49,543 nt of DNA from Paraspadella gotoi (taxonomy: Eukaryota; Animalia; Chaetognatha). The notes under the pieces were generated by a model. That model was not told the origin of the DNA, did no database searches, and was given only the letters and a program-made list of their open reading frames with translations. Location of the stretch: positions 19,071,150 to 19,120,692 of the forward strand of contig CM119267.1 of the NCBI GenBank assembly GCA_051294375.1. The letters run 5' to 3'. Of the stretch, positions 12,563-24,008 are shown piece after piece (the stretch's first letter is position 1; every line of letters begins with the position of its first letter). Both the position numbers and the translations under genes were made by a program.

Positions 12563-13511
12563 AGGGAGAAGATTCGTCAGTTCGCGGACGTTCGCGATCT
12601 GGGGGAGAGAACCTCCGGCAACCCAACGATGTTCCTTCACTTCTGGCCCGCGTTCCGCCCCGTCGCCATCGGGCCGCCGTCGTCGGCCGGACCGCTTTTC
12701 CGCCGGAAAATCGGCCGAGATTCACGCCGGAATCCCGAGAGAGGATTCGTCATCACAACACCACACGGCGGTTTTTCCGTTTTTTTTTCCGTTCGAATTT
12801 TCGCGGTCGAAAACGAGAGGGCGTCGAAATTCCCCGGAGCCAATTTCCGATTTTTCTTCCGCAAAACGTTTTTCGTTTTTCCCGCTTTTTATCGGGGACT
12901 TTCTTCCCTTACTTCTAACCGCTTCTATTTCTCCTCCCGGAGTCCTCTTATTTTCTTCGCCCTTCCCCTCCTTTTCGTCCTTTCTCCTCTTTCTTATCAT
13001 CCTCACCACCTCATCTCATATCATTCACTCACACCTTTTACTTTTCTCATCCTCTTCCTCCTCCTCCTCCTCCTCCTCTTACCCCCCTTCCCCTCACCCT
13101 CCTCCTTCCCTCGTTGTCCCACAGACAGGGCTAATCCGGGCAAACTACGTCGGGGATTTAGATTTCAATTTTCGGCGCCGAATGGAAATCCAGAGTTTTT
13201 TCTTCCGGCCGGCTGGTTTTTCAGACCGGCCGCCCCGTCGAAACCCGGCGGCGACCGCGACCCCAACCAACGCCAGCGTCGTCGAAGCCGCGCTGGCGGA
13301 ACAGACCGGAGTCGCTATGGCTGCGCTACGTCGGGTTGCGTCGCGGGCGAGGGATGTTCAGCTAGTAGTGATGGCGCGGGTGAACACCGAGATTGACGAA
13401 AGTCTGACTTGGGCGGCGGCGTCGACCGGGCGGGCGGGAGGTGGCGGCCGTCGACGACGGGGCGGAGGTGCGGGCCGACGCCCGGAGCCGGAGATCGATC
13501 AGGCTCGCCAT
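12563..13511 (-). pseudogene. Indel-riddled copy of the 5' part of the 30975-33069 exon, including the candidate ATG (13511-13509); pseudogene or uncorrected read
   Basis: Reverse complement matches 30743-31615; begins AAAAAATGGCG (MASLIDLRLRAS...); frame is broken by many 1-2 nt indels. Confidence 0.6.
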
Positions 13512-14894
13512 TTTTTCTCTCTCTCGAGTGGGGGCGGATCGCGCACGCACAGCGTCGACCATGGGGGGGGGTTGGGCTGACGATAGAATAAGAGAAGTCA
13601 CGAAAATCGTTACGTGAATGCGGAACGAAGAATATGGCGTCACTGAATTCCGAAACGCGCCTTCTAATCCCTAGAATTTAAATTATTTTTTCTCCATTAT
13701 TCAAAAAAAAAAAAAATAATTCGAAAAATTAAATAATTCTCAATATTTTCGTTCCGTTCTCCGCCTCGCGGCGCTCCGAAATTCAAATTATTTTTTTTCC
13801 ACTAATTATGGCCGGATTAATTTTTTGTTTTCAATTTAATAATTTGTTTTTTCTGATAAAGTCTCGTGCTCATAAAGTTCAGCGTGGATCCAAATTTAAA
13901 AGACCGTAAATAATATTTCATCAAATGCCACATGTCATTGGTACAACCAACATAAAAACTATTCATCATTCAATAACAAATACTATCATTTAAGAACCCT
14001 GCAACTTTCAATCAAGACTCCTCAGATCCTAGTATAGTTCCTTATGAATTGGTACAATCAAATATTTATCATTTTAATTCTATGAATAATGCAGTACAGC
14101 GAAGATGGCGGTTTTTCCGGATAGGACTGCAATGGAGCGTCAATCCTTGCCACCCGTCAAAAAATCCTCCCCTTCTTAAGCCAGATCCTCCCCCTGACCC
14201 AAATCTCCTCGACCACCTCCCCACCACTCCCTTTCAAACAGACCTTTTTTTTTCCCCTCAGGCCTCAACAAGAGGAAAAAACCTAATTTGAGGTTTTAAA
14301 ATTGCGGTGACGTTGAGGCCGCGGAGTGTCACGTGTGACCGGGGGATGCGTTTAGGGGTCTAAAGGGGGAGGGGGGGATGGGTGCGTGAAGTTGACCGCC
14401 TCGGGCGAGGATCGCGTGAGGGTTCCGGTGAAAGAATGGATGTTCAATGTGAACGGTTGTCATTGTGTATTTTGTTAGGGTGGGCGTATCACTGTAACAT
14501 TTTAATAGTTCTCAGTGCGCAGTTTAATATAGGTTCAGTACAGTTACAGTTAACTGTCCTAGTATATGCATCGTTATGTTGCATTTTTTAAAAGTATTTT
14601 TTGACAAGCATTGGGATTTTTAACTGATTTAAGATTCAGTTTAATTTTTTATTATTTTTTTTTATGAGTGAATGACAATAATCTCCGCTCTTTAAGGCAA
14701 CGGTAAGATCAAAAAGCAAAAGCCACAATGCACTATAGGATCATTACACATCATTAGTCTTTTTACTGGTTATGTGAGGGTCACCTAATCGGTTCGTAAG
14801 GGTCAAGGTAAGTGTATCTTAGCCCCTCTCTCCGAGATAAGGAACCTGAGAAAGCATGTTGTGTGAAGAGAGACGAGAGAGAGAGAAGAGAGAG

Positions 14895-15260
14895 TGTTCT
14901 ATTTGGTCCGGCGCTGAGCCTCTGCGTTCTTGCTAACGAATCAATAGCCCCGACATAAAACCAAACAAACCATTTTATTGAGGAACCATATGTCGTAACA
15001 AAGGTTAAAAACCGTACATCTTTCGGCTTTCCCGTGGCTTCAACCAAATCTCGATCTCGAAAAAATACTATTATTTAAAGAAATCAAAAAATCATTTCTC
15101 TCTGGCAAAATCCGATCCGTCTCTTCGTCTCCCAAATCTCGGTATGGCCCTGTTTCTTCGATTCGGCGGCGGGCTGCTTAGCCGTTGTGACGTAACGCAG
15201 TTTGCCGAGCGCCCCGGCGCCGCCGTCAGTGGCCGCTGCGTTTGCCCGTCTATCTTTACA
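14895..15260 (-). repeat. 3' LTR (~366 bp)
   Basis: Colinear along its whole length with 19249-19596; TG/CA termini. Confidence 0.85.
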
Positions 15261-15279
15261 GCTCCCCCCAATTTCCCAG
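15261..15279 (-). other. Polypurine tract (PPT)
   Basis: Minus strand reads CTGGGAAATTGGGGGGAGC immediately before the LTR start TGTAAAG; this sets the element orientation. Confidence 0.65.
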
Positions 15280-16194
15280 AAATTTTCTCCGTCGGGCATC
15301 GCGGGTGACACTTACAGGCGCCCCTCCCCCCGTAATGCTGCGCCTCTTTGACTCTGCAATGCTGCGCCTTCTGCCGTCCGGTCTGCGCGCTGTTGCTATG
15401 CTTAGTTCCGCTCCCTGCTGCTGCTTGACTTCTGCTTGGCTGCTAATTGACTGGCGGACGATGCAGTTTCTCGTCCCGCTCGCCGTTACTGCGTGCGACT
15501 GTTTCCAAAGGTCGGCGCCGTCCTCCATTGCAGCGCTTGACCACTTCAAGGTCGCGCTGATCCCAAAAACTTCAGTATTTTTCAACATGGCAACGTACTC
15601 AACACTGCCGCCTCCGTGCGACGGGGCCGGCTACTTCGCAAAAACCGGCATTGATCCGAACGACTCGCCATCTTGACGCCGGCTTACTTCCCAAAAAACG
15701 CGCTCGTTCCTTCGACGCCTCGAAACTAAACCACGATTTTCCTCCCCGTTCGGCTCGGGGGCGAAGGTGTTTCACGGGTTGAAATAGTAAGAATTTTTAT
15801 AATGTATCCCTTCCGATATAATCATAAACATACATCTGACATCAAACATAATAAACCATTATAACCATCATAATAATTATCCCAATGCAATAAAGGCAAT
15901 CTGTCAAGTGGTGAATCATAACAACCATAAAAAGTATGAAACGGCATAAACTAAAACTTGCCTGGTGGTCTTGTTTTCATAAAACGTGTTTTTTGACCCT
16001 TTTTTCTTCAGATTTACAGTGCGGCGCTCAAACTTTGTATACTCCAATTTTATGGAATTCAACTAAGACTTTTTCTTGGAATTTCTCTTCGTCGCTGTCA
16101 TTTTTCTTTGAAGCAGTGAGACTGCTTACTCTTTCAATTTTATTTTCTTTAATTATTTTATGTTTTGTTTGTTTGCTGACGGTTCCCCACTGTT

Positions 16195-16730
16195 GGGCTG
16201 GGCGAATTTTGTCGTGGTTCCGTTCACGACATTTAACTCGACTTCACCTTCTAGGCTGAGTCAATCCTCTCACCTCCAGCTTTTCTTGAGCTGAAGACTT
16301 GAGCCGGCACTTCTCTTGACCGTGAACTTTTTGGGGATGAACTTTTTCCCATTTCAACTGACCTTTGTTGTGCGTTCCGTTCCACAACAATTTATTCTCT
16401 TCGACGCACCTTTCCTGGGCTGAGTCGTTCTCCTCCCCCTCCAGCTTGCCTTCCTTGAGCTGAAGAAGCAGACTTGACAACGGCGATCTGCTCGGCCGTG
16501 ACAAACACGTGACTTTAAGGGAATGAAAGTCGAGACGCTCGGAATTCCGTTACTCCAACTCTCTTGTGAAGGGTATAAATGACAACATGGGCCTGCCTCC
16601 TTGCCATGACACGAACACTGTGACTTAGGGGATGAAACCCTTTCCCCTCAATGACAATATTTTAATCCGTTACCTCAACTCTCCTTCGTGAAATGTATAA
16701 AACAAACATGGCGCTACACTGGCCAATGAC
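16195..16730. repeat. Two adjacent internal tandem duplications in the LTR element (2 x ~160 bp, then 2 x ~115 bp)
   Basis: GGCTGAGTC..CCTCCAGCTT..CTTGAGCTGAAGA at ~16254 and ~16418; AACAC..TGACTT..GGG.ATGAAA..TCCGTTAC..CAACTCTC..GTGAA..GTATAAA..CAACATGG at ~16504 and ~16614. Confidence 0.7.
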
Positions 16731-17374
16731 GACTTGTTAAACATAATAATCTTTTATAACAATCATAAGGCAACCACTTCATATTTAATTTCTTTCTAAA
16801 AGTGTGGACAAAGTTTTTTATTTTCAATTCAGCGGCACGGAAATGTCTCATCCAAGCAATGTCATATTTTGTTCTTGTGGTCATATCGTCACATGAACAA
16901 ACTCATATTTAATTTGTATTGAGAGTCACAACATGAAAAATTCAGTCTCTAGCAATAATTTGAACCAATAATAGATATTCATTTCATTGGGCAATGGCCG
17001 TACCTGTTTCCAATTTTCTTACTTAGAGTTGACGTGAAACTTTAAAATGAGGCGGTGGGCCATCCGGGCATGAGCCTCCGCAAATTGGAATGAATTTCTC
17101 CGTTTTTAAAATTTCCATGTTGAAAAAACGCAGCAACACGGGCGAATCTAAACTCCGAATTTACCCGACGTTTTCTTTTCGCGCGGAAAGGGCAGCAAAT
17201 TTCAAGCGCTTAAAGAAAAATGAAAAAAAAAAAAGAAAATAAAAAAAAAACAATAAACTCGGGCTAAAGATAAGAGCTGGATTAAACGCACGAACAAGGC
17301 TATTTTTGACTTTTGCCAAATTTCTAACACTGACCTTTCTCCGCGCTGAAAATTATCATTTCCAGCTTCGTCCA

Positions 17375-18530
17375 TCAATTTTCATGCGCCGGCGGCTCTC
17401 CTTTGATCAGTGTCGCTTCTTGCTTTGCCTGTGTCGTCGCGGTTTCGTCGGCGGCGTCGTCGTCTAGGCTCTCTCTTCTGGCACTATCGCCGGGTTCGTC
17501 CTGCCTCCGCGACTGTCTAATCGAGACAACTGCCTTACCTTTGCATGAATGGCTTTCAGCTGTACGTGCCACTTCCGGTCTCGCTAAATTCAGGCCTCTT
17601 CTCATCATCAATCGCACATGGAAATCCCCAATCTCGTCCGCGTACTTAGGCGCGACGGCTGCTGCTGCTGCGGCGTCGCAACAATCTCGACGGCGGTGGC
17701 GTTTGGCGTCTTCTGAGCTGACTCGCGGAACGTGGGTGGTCCGATTGGCAGTAAATGGCTCCATGCGGCGTCTCCACCACTCGTCCAGTCCGTCAAAGTC
17801 ATGCTCTGATCATCTTCTCTGCATTTAAACGCCAATCTCGTCTCGTTTTTCCTCCGTGCCAACTCTTTGCTTCCAATCTCCGAGCCTCAGCTGTCTCTCC
17901 TTATCGTCTCCAGCTTAATTTAAAAAACGTTCTCTCTTTTTCCATTCCACTCAGCTGTCTCTCTTTGCTTTCCATTCGAGCTGCATCTGTCTCTTTTCAC
18001 TCGCCCACATCTGCTTCATTTTTCTATCTCTAACCTGCTTTTTGGTTCAGCGATTTTTGACGCCTCCATCGCGAGACGTTTCTGCGATGCGAGCGATCGC
18101 GTGATGATGTAGAAGCCCCCACCACCTTTCTCGGGGCGAAGTCGAGGGTCCTGACAATATACCGTTCGACTTGAGTGCGATGGGCACTCACTAGATCCGG
18201 TCGGCGACCTAATTGAGCTGTGAGGCGACGGCCAATTCCTCCAAATTCCTCACCTATGGGACGGACATCTCCGGTGAGAAGCATCTCTGGCGACGCGAAC
18301 GGCACTGGCGGAACGACGCCGCACGGAACCGAGGTGGTCGACGGCGCTGCTCCCATGGCGCAGGGAGTCGCTGAGGGCACGCTTCGCCGTCAAGGACCGT
18401 TCCTCGCCCGGTCAAGTCTCCAAAGCCGAGATTACGTTGATAACATCGTGACTGCTGGGTCGTCTTCTTCAGAAGCTTCCTCTGATGCGAAGCCTCGCGA
18501 CCTATCCGGCGTCGATCATACTTAGCCAAC
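17375..18530 (-). pseudogene. Frameshifted GC-rich coding-like region inside the LTR element (possible gag-like remnant or cargo)
   Basis: Overlapping minus-strand ORF fragments (18254-18529, 18030-18380, 17608-17862, 17375-17764) tile ~1.15 kb in element orientation, with a purine-rich stretch at ~17830-18040 suggestive of an E/K/R/Q-rich coiled coil. No diagnostic motif seen. Confidence 0.35.
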
Positions 18531-19248
18531 CGGCAAATTTTCTAAAACGTTTCAATAACGTTCGCCAATTCGTAACATAAATGTCCTGACCCTCTCTGCG
18601 TTTGAATTATCACTTTCAGCAAAGTATCCTAGCAATAAATCCATACCATCAAATCACGGGGGCACTGTACGAGACATTTATTTTCAATTTTAAATTTCGT
18701 TCATTCAATTCGTTTCACTCCGTCTTTCTCTCTATCTCTATCAATCACAATATAGGCAGTACCAAGTTAAGGAACCATAAATAATTAATGCAGTAATCAC
18801 GTAATCGACAAAGAATAATGAAAAAGTTTGCGCGGTTTGTTTTTTTATCTCTATTCGCCTCTCGTTCCGTTCTTTAGTTTATTTACTTACTTGCAATAAA
18901 TAAATATTTCCAATAATTGCAATGATGATTGAAGCGATTGATAAATACGTACCCGGCGACTCTTCCGCCCGATTTTAATTTCAAAATATAGGGCGTGAAC
19001 TTCCGGCGCCCTCTCTATGGAAAGAGATGCCGCTTCTAATGGGCAACCTCCCTTTCGTTCGACATCCGCTTCAGTGTCCCTTCGTTTTTTCTATTTTCGT
19101 TTTCGACCTCTCATTCGTGGATTGCCACCTTTATTTTTCGGCGCTCTTTTCGTGGAGCCCAAATCTTTCGTGCTGTAAAACGTCAACTACCTTCAAAACC
19201 GCCAAACTCGTCGTCCCCAAGAACGCCTCTTTCACCGGATGTTTTTAA

Positions 19249-19591
19249 TGTTAATTTGGTCCCAGGGCGGCTGAGCCTCGCGTTCTTGCTAACGATCAAT
19301 ACACCCGACGTAACCAAAACAAAACCTTTTTGAGGAACATATGTCGTAACAAAGGGTAAAAACCGTACATCTTTCGGTTCCTCCGGCTTCAACCAAATCT
19401 CGATTCGAAAAAATACTATTTATTAAAGAAAGTCAAAAAATCATTTCTCTCTCTGCAAAATTCCGATTCCGTTCTTCGTCTCCCAAATCGTATGCCCTGT
19501 TTCTTCGATTCGCGCGCTGCTTAGCGTTGTGAACTAACGAGTTTTGCGCGCCCGGGCGCCGCGTCAGTGCCGCTGCGTTTGCCCGTCTACT

Positions 19592-19596
<5 letters not shown>
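19249..19596 (-). repeat. 5' LTR (~348 bp)
   Basis: Direct repeat of 14895-15260; ends TTTACA directly before (GA)n. Confidence 0.85.
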
Positions 19597-19627
<31 letters not shown>

Positions 19628-19628
19628 A

Positions 19629-19659
<31 letters not shown>

Positions 19660-21126
19660 GTATTAAGATGAAAAAGAACAAAGGACAAAAACGAAAGCGG
19701 CAGAGGGAAAAGTTTTGCTCAAGGCCATTTGTTTTTTTTTCTGTTTGGATCAGGGTTTGTTTCTTTGTTGCTTTGTTTGTTTCGGAAAAGAAAAAGAGCG
19801 AGACGCAATCAAAAAATTTATTATTTTATAAAAAGAAAGAGTTTTCATTATTTGCCAAAACGAATTACGTATGTTTTTTCAAACGCATCAGTATTTTTAC
19901 ATATACTAGTAGTCCACATTGTTTAAATGTCCTTTACGTTTTCTCTAGTTGCTTACATTTTGTATTCTTCTTGAACTCCCGTTCTTTGACGACCAAGGGA
20001 ATCGTTTTTGGTCTCATTCAAAGAGAAGAGAGAGAGAGAGAGAATAGAGAGAGAGAGAGAGAGAGAGTGAGAGAGAGACGAGAGGTAAGAAAAAATTGCA
20101 AAAAAGCTCACCTGCGAGTCAAGGTTTCCCCCATCAAGTCAAAGAAAGAGAAGAGAAAAAGAGGAAGAAAAGAAAAAAAAGAAAGAAAGAAAAAAAAAGG
20201 AAAAAAAAGAAAGAAAAAAGGAAAATAAATAAGAGAAAGAGAGAAAAGGAAGGAAAGGGCAAAGAAAGACGAGAAAGACGCGGGGAGGAACTCGAGAATG
20301 TTGATGCGGTCGAAGAGATGATAGAGAGAAGAGAGAGAAAGAGACGAGGAGAGAGAGAGAGAGAGGAGAGCAGTCTTTCCTGAGCAAATTCGATCGGCCA
20401 TCGGCAATTAAATTGATAGAATTGAGACCCTTACTAAAAAGGTCTGCCTTAATCATAGAATGTCTGCCTTTACCGCCAAATGGGCATGCGCTCATCCTTG
20501 AGAAGGTCTGCCCTTACCCCTTCGTTGTAAGGATGACCCGCCCTTTTCATTACCGGTATCGGGAGGGTTGCTTTTATAGTAAAATGATTTCTACATTAGC
20601 CTAAATCCAAATAGGAAGACAACAAAAAGAACAGGCTATTTTGTTTACATTGAGGGCAATGAGTATTGATTAAATCTAGAATGTTAGGATGCTGCCTGCT
20701 TCTAGCTTCTTAAAGGTTAACGTCTTACGGGCAAAATTAGTAAGCTTTACCAGCTAGCAACAGCTGCGGCCCTTAGCGCACATTCCCCGCGATTTACCGA
20801 CTCGAGTCCTGCAACTTTCGCATCATCAAACGACTTTCGCCGCACTTCGCCCATCTCTTTCATGCTCTCCCACCCCATCCATGCCCACTCCAACCACCGC
20901 TATTTCTTTTTAAAACAGTCGAAGAATTTTCCAAATACAGACTAGAGAGACATAACCTCCGGAGAATATCTAGCCGGCATAGACGATTGCGTCATTTTTC
21001 TTCTTTTCTTGCGGCATCGTATTTTTATTTGCTTCTTTGCAGGGGCAGGGAGCGAAAAAAGGGTATAAGAAATGTCGAAGCGCACCGCCCTACCTCCTTG
21101 GGTGTGGGCGTTTTAATGTAACAAAC

Positions 21127-21183
<57 letters not shown>

Positions 21184-21899
21184 ATGTTTTTACGTCTCGA
21201 CGCAAATTTCAAGATTCACGGAAAATTCGTCTACTCGTGCCGACGGCGCTGAATATTTCTTTTTCTTTTATTGCTTTCGTTCTCATGTATTTTCATATTC
21301 TTATTTTTATGTTTTTTCCTTTAAATTTAATAATCTTTTGAAAAAATTTTATTATCAAGCTTTTTTTTTTCCAGCTTAAATTAACTCGTTTATCAAAGCG
21401 AAAAAAAAGCCGAACAGCATGTTTCCTCCAGCTGTTTAAGTTTTATTTAATTTTTCTTGAAACAAAATTACCGAGTAATCGTGTATATTTCTGCATGTTT
21501 TTCCCTGATTTTTTTTTACAATTCATGCATAATTCTTTTTACGTGATCGTTTGTCTCCACGACCGATTATCTATAAATAAAAAATATGAAAGAACACAAA
21601 AAAAAAAAAAGGAACAGAAAATAAGATTAAAAAATAAAAGAATGATAAAACATAAAAAGGAAAAAGCTTGGAATATGTGTTTTTTGTAATGATAAGAATG
21701 AGACTTATAAGAATAAAAAAAAAAAGAAAGAAGTGGAAATGAGGATTCCGTCCGCAGGAAAAGAATTAACACACTTCTCATAAGAAGAGAGTCAATCTTT
21801 ATGTGAAAAAAATTTGAAGAGTCCCAAAGGTCCGACCGTTAAGAGCTGTTGGAAAAGTCGGGTTTTTCTCTGATAGTTTGATAAAAGGAAAGCAAAAAA

Positions 21900-21959
21900 A
21901 ACAAAGGAAAAGAAAAGAAAGAAAGAAAGAAAGAAAGAAAAGAAGAAGAAAGAAAGAAA

Positions 21960-22004
<45 letters not shown>

Positions 22005-22060
22005 AGAAAGAAACAAACAATAAACAAACAAACAACAAACAAACAAACAAACAAAAAAAG
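21900..22060. repeat. (AAAG)n/(AAAC)n compound microsatellite at the centre of the inverted duplication
   Basis: Seen directly; lies in the ~215-bp non-palindromic spacer 21869-22084. Confidence 0.9.
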
Positions 22061-22763
22061 GATAGAAAAAACAGAAACGAAGGCGAAAAACCCGACTTTT
22101 CCAACAGCCTCTTAACGGTCGGACCTTGGGACTCTTCACAATTTTTTTCACATAAAGATTGACTCTCTTCTTATGAAAGTGTGTTAATCTTTTCCTGCGG
22201 ACGGAATCCTCATTTCCCACTTCTTTCTTTTTTTTTTTATTCTTATAAGTCTCATTCTTATCATACAAAAAACACATATTCCAAGCTTTATTCCTTTTTA
22301 TGTTTTATCATTCTTTATTTTTTAATCTTATTTTCTGTTCCTTTTTTTTTTTTTTTTTGTTGTTCTTTCATATTTTTTTATATAGATAATCGGTCGTGGA
22401 GACAAACGATCACGTAAAAAGAATTTATGCATGAATTGTCAAAAAAAAATCAGGAGAAAACATGCAGAAATATACACGATACTGGTAATTTTGTTTCAAG
22501 AAAAATAAATAAAACTTAAACAGCTGGAGGAAAATTGCTGTTCGGCTTTTTTTTCGCTTTGATAAACGAGTTAATTTAAGCTGGAAAAAAAAAGCTGATA
22601 ATAAATTTTTCAAAAAGGATTATTAAATTAAGGAAAAAACATAAAAAATAAGAATATGAAATACATGAGAACGAAAGCAATAAAAGAAAAGAAATATTCA
22701 GGCGCCGTCGGCACGAGTAGACGAATTTCCGTGGAATCTTGAATTTGGTCGAGACGTTAAAAA

Positions 22764-22829
<66 letters not shown>

Positions 22830-23558
22830 GTTTACATTAACCCACCCAAAAAGGATGGAGGGGCGCTCGACATTCTTTACCCTTTTTTCGCTCCTGCCGC
22901 AAAGAAGCAGAATAAAAATACGATGCCGCAAGAAAAGAAAGAAAAATGACGCAATCGTCTATGCCGCTAGATAATTCTCCGGAGGTTTGTCTCTCTAGTC
23001 TGTATTTGGAAAATTCTTCGACTGTTTAAAAGAAATAGCGGTGGTTGGAGTTGGGGCATGGAGTGGGTGGGGAGAGCGATGAAAGAGATGGGCCGAAGTC
23101 GGCGAAAGTCGTTTGATGCGAAAAGTTGAGACTCGAGTCGGTAAATCGCGGGGAATGTTGCGCTAAGGGCCGCAGCTTGGTTGCTAGCTTGGTAAGCTTA
23201 CTAATTTTGCGTAAACGTTAACCTTTAAGAAGCTAGAAGCAGGCAGCATCCTAACATTCTAGATTTAATCAATACTCATGCCCTCAATGTAAACAAAATA
23301 CCTGTTCTTTTTGTTGTCTTCCTATTGATTAGGCTAATGTAGAAATATTTTACTATAAAAGCAACCCTCCCGATACCGTTAATGAAAAGGGCGGGTTCAT
23401 CCTTACAACCGAAGGGGTAAGGGCAGACCTTCTAAGGATGAGCGCATCCCATTTTGGGTAAAGGCAGACATTCTATGATTAAGGGCAGACCTTTTAAGTA
23501 AGGTCTCAATTTCCTATCAATAATTGCCGATGGCCGATCGAATTTGCTCAGAGAGACT

Positions 23559-23593
<35 letters not shown>

Positions 23594-23962
23594 NNNNNNN
23601 NNNNNNNNNNNNNNNNNNNNNNNNNNNNNNNNNNNNNNNNNNNNNNNNNNNNNNNNNNNNNNNNNNNNNNNNNNNNNNNNNNNNNNNNNNNNNNNNNNNN
23701 NNNNNNNNNNNNNNNNNNNNNNNNNNNNNNNNNNNNNNNNNNNNNNNNNNNNNNNNNNNNNNNNNNNNNNNNNNNNNNNNNNNNNNNNNNNNNNNNNNNN
23801 NNNNNNNNNNNNNNNNNNNNNNNNNNNNNNNNNNNNNTTTTTTTTTCTTTCTTTCTTTTTTTCTTTTTCTCCTCTTTTCTCTTCTCTTTCTTTGACTTGA
23901 TGGGGAAACCTTTGACTCGCAGGTGAGCTTTTTTCAATTTTTCTTACCTCTCGCTCTCTCTC

Positions 23963-24008
<46 letters not shown>

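Larger units (their letters stand above)
14895..19596 (-). mobile_element. LTR-bounded retroelement, apparently non-autonomous (LARD-like), inserted in a (GA)n tract
   Basis: Direct repeats 14895-15260 and 19249-19596, both TGTT...TTTACA; polypurine tract abutting one LTR; GAGAG on both flanks; element absent from the inverted copy of the same site (~24378-24413); no RT (YxDD), RNase H, integrase or CCHC motif recognised in the internal ORFs. Confidence 0.8.
12563..21868 (+). repeat. Left arm of a large imperfect inverted duplication
   Basis: 12563-13484 is the reverse complement of ~30743-31615; 13703-14875 of ~24413-25576; 19597-21868 of ~22085-24410. Example: CTGTTGGAAAAGTCGGGTTTTTC at ~21846 vs GAAAAACCCGACTTTTCCAACAG at 22085. 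Confidence 0.92.

Noticed and set aside
12202-13580. Long plus-strand ORFs (238-365 aa) and minus-strand ORFs at 30808-32854
   Set aside because: They are antisense shadows of the GC-rich exon; the plus frame at 30977 is longer and ends at a consensus donor.
21869-22084. SMRTbell adapter at the palindrome centre (missed-adapter read)
   Set aside because: No adapter-like sequence recognised, and arm-specific insertions do not fit one molecule read twice.
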